Assembly (NCBI GenBank): GCA_032718475.1
Contig: JAUCBJ010007195.1
Span: forward strand, 1-64,000
From: Nemertoderma westbladi
Taxonomy: Eukaryota > Animalia > Xenacoelomorpha
Reading direction: 5' to 3'
Length of the DNA stretch: 64,000 nucleotides
How positions within the stretch are numbered: the first letter of the stretch is position 1; each line of letters starts with the position of its first letter. Positions 42,601 to 53,519 of the stretch are shown here, piece after piece. Position numbers and translations under genes: made by a program. A model generated the notes under the pieces. It was not told the origin of the DNA. It saw only the letters and a program-made list of their open reading frames with translations, and searched no databases.

Positions 42601-44581
42601 CTCTGACTATAACAAACAAACTAACCTTTACTCTAACTATAACACACAAACTAACCTTAATTCTAACTATAACACACAAACTAACCTTTACTCTAACTAT
42701 AACACACAAACTAAGCTTTACTCTAACTATAACACACAAACTAACCTTTACTCTAACTATAACACACAAACTAACCTTAATTCTAACTATAACACACAAA
42801 CTAACCTTTACTCTAACTATAACACACAAACTAACCTTAATTTTAACTATAACACACAAACTAACCTTTACTCTAACTATAACACACAAACTAACCTTTA
42901 CTCTGACTATAACAAACAAACTAACCTTTACTCTAACTATAACACACAAACTAACCTTAATTCTAACTATAACACACAAACTAACCTTAATTCTAACTAT
43001 AACACACAAACTAACCTTTACTCTAACTATAACACACAAACTAACCTTAATTCTAACTATAACACACAAACTAAGCTTAATTCTAACTATAACACACAAA
43101 CTAACCTTTACTCTAACTATAACACACAAACTAACCTTAATTCTAACTATAACACACAAACTAACCTTAATTTTAACTATAACACACAAACTAACCTTTA
43201 CTCTAACTATAACACACAAACTAACCTTTACTCTAACTATAACACACAAACTAACCTTTACTCTAACTATAACACACAAACTAACCTTTACTCTAACTAT
43301 AACACACAAACTAACCTTAATTCTAACTATAACACACAAACTAACCTTTACTCTAACTATAACACACAAACTAACCTTAATTCTAACTATAACACACAAA
43401 CTAACCTTTACTCTAACTATAACACACAAACTAACCTTTACTCTGACTATAACAAACAAACTAACCTTTACTCTAACTATAACACACAAACTAACCTTAA
43501 TTCTAACTATAACACACAAACTAACCTTAATTCTAACTATAACACACAAACTAACCTTTACTCTAACTATAACACACAAACTAACCTTAATTCTAACTAT
43601 AACACACAAACTAAGCTTAATTCTAACTATAACACACAAACTAACCTTTACTCTAACTATAACACACAAACTAACCTTAATTCTAACTATAACACACAAA
43701 CTAACCTTAATTTTAACTATAACACATCACAAACTAACCTTTACTCTAACTATAACACACAAACTAACCTTAATTCTAACTATAACACACAAACTAACCT
43801 TAATTTTAACTATAACACATCACAAACTAACCTTTACTCTAACTATAACACACAAACTAACCTTAATTCTAACTATAACACACAAACTAAGCTTAATTCT
43901 AACTATAACACACAAACTAACCTTTACTCTAACTATAACACACAAACTAACCTTTACTCTGACTATAACAAACAAACTAACCTTTACTCTAACTATAACA
44001 CACAAACTAACCTTAATTCTAACTATAACACACAAACTAACCTTTACTCTAACTATAACACACAAACTAACCTTAATTCTAACTATAACACACAAACTAA
44101 GCTTAATTCTAACTATAACACACAAACTAACCTTTACTCTAACTATAACACACAAACTAACCTTAATTCTAACTATAACACACAAACTAACCTTTATTCT
44201 AACTATAACACACAAACTAACCTTAATTCTAACTATAACACACAAACTTACACACACACAACACAACACACACACATAACTAACCTTACTCTAACTATAA
44301 CACACAAACTAACCTTTACTCTAACTATAACACACAAACTAACCTTTACTCTAACTATAACACACAAACTAACCTTTACTCTAACTATAACACACAAACT
44401 AACCTTTACTCTAACTATAACACACAAACTAACCTTTACTCTAACTATAACACACAAACTAACCTTAATTCTAACTATAACACACAAACTAACCTTAATT
44501 CTAACTGTAACACACAAACTAACCTTAATTCTAACTATAACACACAAACTAACCTTAATTCTAACTATAACACACAAACTA
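24662..44581. repeat. 30-bp satellite, block 2
   Basis: Same unit as block 1, with CA-rich interruptions at ~26361, 26842, 32090 and 44248. Confidence 0.99.
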
Positions 44582-47500
44582 GATATATGTTTAATTCGGT
44601 CAAGCCGACAAATATAAGGTTAGATATGAGCACTGTACTGCACGTTAAATATAGATTTAAACACAACATATTAATATTAAATGGCATCATAATAATACAA
44701 AAGATTAAAATGTTGCTTTGCACAACAAGTTGGCGAGTAAAAAGGCGCCCCGCGGCACAGCGCCAACAACAAGTAAAATGTCTATATATTTAATCATATA
44801 AGATCATATAAAATGACGAATTACAATATTAACAATTATTGTAGACATAAAACCCATAATATTATAAGTACAATTCAGCATCTTAAAATGTGCTAGGCAC
44901 AGGGGCATTTCTTAATAAAATCAGGTTTTTATTTACATTATTGGGTATTAAAAATCGGTGAGTTTGTTTCATTTGGGTCCTCGTTCAGAAGTTCAGTATG
45001 TTTACTGAAATACTGTATGATCCTGTCGTGTTTTTGATTAAAAGTGATGTTTGAGATCTTATAAGTGTTCCTAATGAAATTCAAGTTAATTGTCTCCAGG
45101 CAGGTTAATTTTCCCATGTCAAGACGAGATGCAATTCCTTTTTTATCAAATCTGGATGTCAGCATTGTCATTAGCGCCGGCATTGCACACCTACTGCTGG
45201 TTAGGTGATAGGCACTGCCGACTCCTTTATATCTTTGTCGTTTATTCAGTTGCATGGTGATAAGTAGGGTGGTTTGTACCGGTGGAATGGGACATTTATA
45301 TATGTTGATTAAAGTCCCTATGGCATGAGTTAGGGCCAGCTTAGAAAGTGAGTTGGAGTTAAATAGGTTGTAAATGGTTGTGTTGTTTACGTACGTCCCC
45401 AAGGATAGTAGTCCCCGAAGTTGTTTGCGGTAATGCACCTCCAGATGATGTATTTGTGTGTCTGACATCCCTCCTATGTAGAACTTAAGACCATATAGGA
45501 TGGCGGGTATGGCGACCATTCTCCAGAGGTAAGCCACGGTGTCGATATCCAGGTTTTGTACTGACCATCCATTTTTATGGAAAGCTCCACCTATCGCGGA
45601 TATCACCCTGATGCATTTGCTTGAGAGATTATTGAACTTGTTTTTGGTTATTTCCACACCCAAAAATTTAATTGAGTCTGACTCAGGGACCAGTACACCA
45701 TTAATTTTGATGAAAGTTGTGGGAGATTTTTGTGATGTGTGCATCCAGTTGGATTTAGAGGGTTCAATTTTCAAGTTTAAGGTGTTTGCTTCCGATATCG
45801 CGATGCTAACCATTGACTCCATGTCTGATTGAGTGGTAGTTAACAAAATTATGTCATCAGCGTAACATAGTGCTCCTAACCATGTGGATGTAATCCAACA
45901 ACCTAGTCCAGACTCCTCTAATTTCGTGAGAATATTGCAGGTGTAGATGTTAAAAAGTGTTGGTGATAATAGTGATCCCTGTTTCACCCCCTTATCAATT
46001 TCAATTGGACCGTCATAAATGATTCCGTTAAACTTGAGGTATATCATGGAGACAGAGTAGTAATCAATCAGGGTTAGAAGTATGTGAGAGTTAATTTTGC
46101 CTTTCAATTTATTGAATAAAATGTTGTGGTTTACTTCGTCAAATGCAGATGATATATCGAGTTTGCAAATGTAAAGTGGTGATCCACCCTGATTGAAATA
46201 TTCCATACATTCTAGTATACAAGCAATCACCATGTCAGTCCCAGCCTTTTTTTTGTATCCACATTGGTAGTTACTTGTGAGTCCCTGTGTGTTGACCTCT
46301 GTGAGGAAATTATTCAGTACAGTGTACTTATATACCTTTGCTAGTAGGCTGACAATGGAAATTGGTCGATACGAGTTCAGTTGTAATGTATTCCTCTTGT
46401 TGCCCTTATATATGTACGTTGTGATTGTCTTTCCAAATGACGTTGGAACCTTACCAAGCCGGAAGCAACAGTTGAGTATATTACTCAGTAGAAGTGTTGT
46501 TTTGTCTGGATCAGTATGGAGCAGGTGTTCAACCGTCAGAGAATTTATATCTGGAGACTTTCGCCTGGCCAAGTGCCTCACCGCTAGTTTAATTACGTCA
46601 GGTGACACTGTAGGAATGCTCTCCTGTTGACTCAATTTTAGAACTTCCATTCTAATTGTGTCCGTTTGTGTGTTACCGTTTGTGCTGTGGTTCATGTTAG
46701 CCGAACAGATATGTGAGTTTGTTATCGATTCCTGTACGGATCTCGGTATTCTTTGCGGCCCTTTCTTCTTGAAGAAGTCCCACAACTTGTGTGGGTCATG
46801 TCTATGGTTCATTGCAGCATGTCGTAAGTTGTGCTGTATCTTTTCCTTTACAAGGTGATTGTGTAACCGACGTATGAGTTTCTTTGCCTCCTTGAATGTT
46901 TCCCATTTTTTACCTTTGGCGGGAGCGTTTGTTTCACAGAGTTCCAAATATTAAATAAGTCTTTTGTTGTTTTAGTTCTTTCTTTGAGTGTCTTCGACTG
47001 TATCCATGTCTTTTTAGACTTTTTTATATCTACCCTCATAAGTTTCGGTATGTGATGTGATGCTGCTGTGTTTAAAATTTGTTCGAGATCACATGATACA
47101 GAGTTGAGGTTTTCCTGTGTCCATGCCAGACTATCCAGTCCATATTTTAGACTAAGGTTCTGCAGCCCTTGGTCCACCTCTTGTTTGTAATCTTCTAGAT
47201 TATTTTTACTTGCTTTGTCCCATCGATGCCTTGAGATAGTTATTGTGGCCTTCTTTGGTATAACATCATCTTCTGATTTGCTACCTATCAATATTTGCAT
47301 CGTAGCATGTATCGGACTATGATCTGATAAATTTTCAACTAGATCCTTTTTTACTATTTTTCCAGAAATAGTGGGAGCTATGTGGGTTGGAACTACAATA
47401 TGATCTATGTACGACACTGGATTATTGTTCCTATAGAATGTGTAGCATGGTCCCGAGAAGGAGTTCCAAGTGTCTACCGCAGCAAGGTCATTTGATTCTA

Positions 47501-48007
47501 AAAGGGTACTGAACTGTTTACCTCGACAGGTGGCATTATATCTATTATATCTGTTTCCCTGCATGTCTCCAATGTCGGCATTCGCATCCATCAACAGTAT
47601 AGGTATTGAGTGTTGATTCCCATGGAGTATCCCCTCAATTTTTCCTAGAAAGTCATCGTATGTAGAATTGGCCTTACTGGAGTCAGGGCCATAACATGAG
47701 AGAGCTGTGTATTGTTGTTCCCTGTTTATAAGGTTAAATGTGGCCCCCACGATATTGTCGCCGCTCTCAACTCTTGTATAGTTGTGGATGATTGATTTAC
47801 GTAGGAAGAGGGCTGTCCCTCCAGCTCCTCTGGCGCGGTAGGGGTTGCCCATTAAATCACTAGTGAGTGACTCACAGTAGAATTCATTGTGGAATGACAT
47901 TAGCAGGTCTTTAGACTCAATATCATTGAGCCAGTGTTCCTGTATTCCCACAATATCACAATCTGTTAAGATGTTGTATAAGTAACTGGCTGAGTTTTTG
48001 AATCCGT
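44582..48007 (-). mobile_element. Non-LTR retrotransposon (APE + RT, RTE-X-like), truncated at the very start of ORF2
   Basis: Endonuclease motifs CDIVGIQEHWL, GGTALF, YGP, MDANAD, SYIDHI, NLSDHSPI; RT motifs YRPISI, LDISSAFDEVNH, GVKQGSLLSPTLFNIY, YADD, FLGV; 3' UTR ends ATTAAA-CATATATCT on the minus strand. Clade call rests on QEHWL and SGLGC...LCYADD style motifs and is tentative. Confidence 0.92.
44938..48007 (-). pseudogene. LINE ORF2 (endonuclease-reverse transcriptase) with one frameshift
   Basis: ORFs 46848-48007 and 44938-46947 overlap; single frame change between ~46850 and ~46950. Confidence 0.9.
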
Positions 48008-50822
48008 AACTAACCTTTACTCTAACTATAACACACAAACTAACCTTAATTCTAACTATAACACACAAACTAACCTTAATTCTAACTATAACACACAAAC
48101 TAACCTTAATTCTAACTATAACACACAAACTAACCTTAATTCTAACTATAACACACAAACTAACCTTAATTCTAACTATAACACACAAACTAACCTTAAT
48201 TCTAACTATAACACACAAACTAACCTTAATTCTAACTATAACACACAAACTAACCTTTACTCTAACTATAACACACAAACTAACCTTAATTCTAACTATA
48301 ACACACAAACTAACCTTAATTCTAACTATAACACACAAACTAACCTTTACTCTAACTATAACACACAAACTAACCTTAATTTTAACTATAACACACAAAC
48401 TAACCTTAATTTTAACTATAACACACAAACTAACCGTAATTCTAACTATAACACACAAACTTACACACACACAACACAACACACACACATAACTAACCTT
48501 AATCTAACTTTAACACACAAACTAACCTTAATTCTAACTATAACACACAAACTAACCTTAATTCTAACTATAACACACAAACTAACCGTAATTCTAACTA
48601 TAACACACAAACTAACCTTAATTTTAACTATAACACAAAAACTAACCTTAATTTTAACTATAACACACAAACTAACCTTTACTCTAACTATAACACACAA
48701 ACTAACCTTTACTCTAACTATAACACACAAACTAACCTTAATTATAACTATAACACACAAACTAACCTTAATTTTAACTATAACACACAAACTAACCTTA
48801 ATTCTAACTATAACACACAAACTTACACACACACAACACAACACACACACATAACTAACCTTAATCTAACTTTAACACACAAACTAACCTTAATTCTAAC
48901 TATAACACACAAACTAACCTTAATTCTAACTATAACACACAAACTAACCGTAATTCTAACTATAACACACAAACTAACCTTAATTTTAACTATAACACAA
49001 AAACTAACCTTAATTTTAACTATAACACACAAACTAACCTTTACTCTAACTATAACACACAAACTAACCTTTACTCTAACTATAACACACAAACTAACCT
49101 TAATTATAACTATAACACACAAACTAACCTTAATTCTAACTATAACACACAAACTAACCGTAATTCTAACTATAACACACAAACTAACCTTAATTTTAAC
49201 TATAACACAAAAACTAAACCTTAATTTTAACTATAACACACAAACTAACCTTTACTCTAACTATAACACACAAACTAACCTTTACTCTAACTATAACACA
49301 CAAACTAACCTTAATTTTAACTATAACACACAAACTAACCTTAATTTTAACTATAACACACAAACTAACCTTAATTTTAACTATAACACACAAACTAACC
49401 TTTACTCTAACTATAACACACAAACTAACCTTTACTCTAACTATAACACACAAACTAACCTTAATTCTAACTATAACACACAAACTAACCTTAATTTTAA
49501 CTATAACACACAAACTAAGCTTAATTATACATATAACACACAAACTAACCTTAATTCTAACTATAACACACAAACTAACCTTAATTCTAACTATAACACA
49601 CAAACTAACCGTAATTCTAACTATAACACACAAACTAACCTTAATTTTAACTATAACACACAAACTAACCTTAATTTTAACTATAACACACAAACTAAGC
49701 TTAATTCTAACTATAACACACAAACTAACCTTAATTCTAACTATAACACACAAACTAACCTTAATTCTAACTATAACACACAAACTAAGCTTTACTCTAA
49801 CTATAACACACAAACTAAGCTTAATTCTAACTATAACACACAAACTAACCTTAATTATAACTGTAACAAACAAACTAACCTTAATTCTAACTATAACACA
49901 CAAACTAACCTTTACTCTAACTATAACACACAAACAAACCTTAATTTTAACTATAACACACAAACTAACCTTAATTCTAACTATAACACACAAACTAACC
50001 TTAATTCTAACTATAAGACACAAACTAACCTTAATTCGAACTATAACACACAAACTAACCTTAATCTAACTTTAACACACAAACTAACCTTAATTCTAAC
50101 TATAACACACAAACTAACCTTAATTCTAACTATAACACACAAACTTACACACACACAACACAACACACACACATAACTAACCTTAATCTAACTTTAACAC
50201 ACAAACTAACCTTAATTCTAACTATAACACACAAACTAACCTTAATTCTAACTATAACACACAAACTAACCGTAATTCTAACTATAACACACAAACTAAC
50301 CTTAATTCTAACTATAACACACAAACTAGCCTTAATTCTAACTGTAACACACAAACTAACCGTAATTCTAACTATAACACACAAACTAACCTTAATTCTA
50401 ACTGTAACAAACAAACCAACCTTAATTCTAACTGTAACAAACAAACTAACCTTAATTCTAACTGTAACAAACAAACTAACCTTAATTCTAACTGTAACAC
50501 ACAAACTAACCGTAATTCTAACTATAACACACAAACTAACCTTAATTCTAACTGTAACAAACAAACCAACCTTAATTCTAACTGTAACAAACAAACTAAC
50601 CTTAATTCTAACTGTAACAAACAAACCAACCTTAATTCTAACTGTAACACACAAACTAACCTTAATTCTAACTGTAACACACAAACTAACCTTAATTCTA
50701 ACTATAACACACAAACTAACCTTAATTCTAACTATAACACACAAACTAACCTTTACTCTAACTATAACACACAAACTAACCTTAATTCTAACTGTAACAA
50801 ACAAACTAACCTTAATTCTAAC
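48008..50822. repeat. 30-bp satellite, block 3 (most variable; ends inside the exon at 50811-50822)
   Basis: Same unit; ACTGTAAC and AAACAAAC variants enriched at 50340-50810; CA-rich interruptions at ~48460, 48822, 50144. Confidence 0.99.
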
Positions 50823-51032
50823 ACTGTCAACTTCCAAATTTACTGTACAGCCGTGTTGTTTCCCATTAACGAGGATCCGGTAACCAAGGGAAACGGTATC
50901 GTCATCGGGCGATCGACCAACCGGGGTCCAATGAATAGTGGCGTTGAGTACGCCGGTAGAATCCTCAAGAAGTACCAAAGATTCCTCCAACTGTTGATCC
51001 AGATCAACCAAAGTGTGAGCGAGTTTGTTTAA
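50811..51032 (-). CDS. Internal coding exon (74 codons, phase 0-0) with fibronectin type III-like sequence
   Basis: Acceptor ctgacttccAG at 51033, donor AAG|GTTAGT at 50811; peptide LNKLAHT...ATIHWTP......SLGYRILVNGKQHG.....DSVRIK has the FN3 W.P...GY.I pattern. Confidence 0.75.
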
Positions 51033-51325
51033 CTGGAAGTCAGACAGTCGAAATGTTAATAAGTAATGATTATAATAATTATTGATAAAGATACTTTCTG
51101 GTAATATACTATCAAATAATATAGTAACAAATTTATACAATTAATATAGAACTTATCAATGATACAACCTTACATATTATTCATTATACAAGCGCATTAC
51201 GCTGCTATTTTGCCTGTCTTAATAATTTTAGGCCTACAAAGAATATCCGTAGATTAACACTCCGTAAAACAAGCGACGCTAAACTTTTGGCATATAAATG
51301 GACAGTAAGGAATAATAAAGCTTAC

Positions 51326-51553
51326 CTGTACATCTTGTTGGGTACTGCTAGCCACTCTCTGGTCGTGTTTATGGAACTCTATCTCCCGCAGTATTTGGTC
51401 CCGTTTATTGACTATGTCGCTAGTAGATTGCTCCAACGCCAACCTCTCATCTACACCATGTACCTCCACAGTGATGTCGGGTGGTGTAGCTAATATGGCC
51501 GGTTTCAATCCACATAGTCTCTCGCTATCTATTGGTCCCGGCACTCCATAAGC
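51326..51553 (-). CDS. Internal coding exon (76 codons, phase 0-0) of the same gene
   Basis: Acceptor ttacaatAG at 51554, donor CAG|GTAAGC at 51326; open frame AYGVPGPIDSER...QQDVQ splices in frame to the next exon over a 293-bp GT-AG intron. Confidence 0.72.
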
Positions 51554-52117
51554 CTATTGTAATTAAATACGTATCACGTCTTATTATAATACTACTCGGA
51601 ATGTTGAAATTAAGAAACTTAATTTCATGTGGTCAAAAACATAACAAAGGGATCATAAAAGCTCGAATAAGTTTTTGAGTTTATTTTTTCACTTTTTCCA
51701 TTATGGTAAAGGAGCGGGTTACAGTGCAGTCAGTACTATTTAACCAAAACAATAGACTAATTTCCCTTTATAATGTGTATTCACTCTCCTCTTGAGACCT
51801 TTTATATCTTCATGAGCAACACCAACAACCCTCTCTCTCCCTGCACTGCAAATTATGTTATGAATGATTGTATGGTAGATGCTATGACATTGTATGAGAC
51901 ATGAGACAGGGTATGAGACATGATATGAGACATTGGATTAACACTTGGTAATTAAAGTGAATCCGTGTTTTTTTACCAAATTCCGGATTAAGTAAACATA
52001 TGAATCCGTGTTTTAGTTTTACACTTCATCCAGTGTTGAGCTTAATATATGAATGCGTGATTAAACACCGCTCCGGATCTTAAACATAAATACACCCAGT
52101 TTCGGATTCAGTAGATT

Positions 52118-52636
52118 TAGTGTATCAGTATCACTATGCAGGGCTCCACGGATTACACCTAGTAATAGTGTATCAGTATCACTATGCAGGGCTCCACGGA
52201 TTACACCTAGTAATAGTGTATCAGTATCACTATGCAGGGCTCCACGGATTACACCTAATCAGTATCACTATGCAGGGCTCCACGGATTACACCTAATAAT
52301 AGTGTATCAGTATCACTATGCAAAATCTAGAAAAAAATCGCCTCCGCTTTGCAGGACATTGCATTCGCCGTGAGAACCAGCCAGTGCATAATCTTGCACT
52401 TTGGCAGCCTCATGGAGTGAATAAGCATGGTGGACAGCCCATGACTTTCTTGAGACGCATCTTAAAGGACACCGGCCTTAAAGATGCGGATGATCTAGCA
52501 AATGTCATGGGTGATAGGGAGTTGTGGCGGTGCAATTTTGTTGACAAGCCGGCACAGCATTCTTAAAAATGCAGCTGCAATGCAGCATGCCGATCCTAGA
52601 TCATTATGCAGGGATCCACGGATTACACCTAGTAAT
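52118..52636. repeat. 48-bp minisatellite interrupted by an RTE fragment
   Basis: TAGTGTATCAGTATCACTATGCAGGGCTCCACGGATTACACCTAGTAA repeated about five times, resuming at 52600. Confidence 0.92.
52323..52599 (+). mobile_element. Second, shorter 3' fragment of the same RTE family
   Basis: Near-identical to 24378-24650 (RLRFAGHC...DKPAQHS* and 3' UTR to GATCCTAG); flanked by ATCACTATGCA / ATCATTATGCA. Confidence 0.92.
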
Positions 52637-53039
52637 GTAAATTCTATCGAGTTCCATAGGAACAATAATAAATGATAGTATGCAGATCCCGATCCGCGTT
52701 ATTTACCATCCTTTCAAATATTTTTATCAATAATTTTTATCAAATATTATCATTGTTAAATTTGAATATAAAATTAATATGAACTCCACATACTATACAA
52801 AACATACTATTAATATAATTATAAAATATCAGTTGCTTACAAATTTAGCGAATATATAATTATAATAATTGCACTTATTAATTATTATTATTATTATTAG
52901 TAATTAAATATTTCATAAACGAAAAATAACGTAAAATAGAAAGAAAACTAACACCATAAGACCATACTGAAAAACACTGACCAGGGATAATTTACCAACC
53001 TGACCGATAAAAGTTTATGGTGGTGAAAAAGAATGTACC

Positions 53040-53199
53040 TCGCTGGTAGAACCATGGATCGCTGGTAGAACCATGGATCGCTGGTAGAACCATGGATCGC
53101 TGGTAGAACCATGGATCGCTGGTAGAACCATGGATCGCTGGTAGAACCATGGATCGCTGGTAGAACCATGGATCGCTGGTAGAACCATGGATCGCTGGT
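53040..53199. repeat. 19-bp perfect minisatellite, ~8 copies
   Basis: TCGCTGGTAGAACCATGGA in tandem. Confidence 0.97.
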
Positions 53200-53519
53200 A
53201 CAATATTATTTACCAACGTTGGTTAATTAGTATAGTTAACTATCAAATATTTATACAATTGCGAATTAATTAATAAAATTATTAAGTATAAATGATTAAT
53301 TAAATATAAATAGCCTTTACTATAAACAATACAGATAAAAAGGTATAGAAATAAAGTTACTTGGTATAAATAGAAAAGTTGCAAAAAAATAGTAACGCCT
53401 TTCAAATAAACTTGAAGCACAAAAGTTTAATTAGTAAAAACAAATTAAATGTAGAAAACGTGTTCAATGGAGTTTTACATGTAAATAAAATAAAATTATA
53501 TAAAATAAACAGCGGAAAG

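Noticed and set aside
46848-48488. Satellite-endonuclease fusion protein
   Set aside because: Chance frame continuity at the truncated LINE 5' junction; no genuine start codon.
15230-50053. Giant ORFs (VIVRIKVSLC, NYNTQTNLNS, TITHKLTLIL repeats)
   Set aside because: Consequence of a stop-free 30-bp unit open in several frames on both strands; broken by indels; no unique domains.
15281-50822. Telomeric or CRISPR interpretation of the array
   Set aside because: TAACC is present but not as tandem telomere units; there are no unique spacers and no cas genes; context is eukaryotic.
52948-53216. Three overlapping short ORFs
   Set aside because: Translations of the 19-bp minisatellite.
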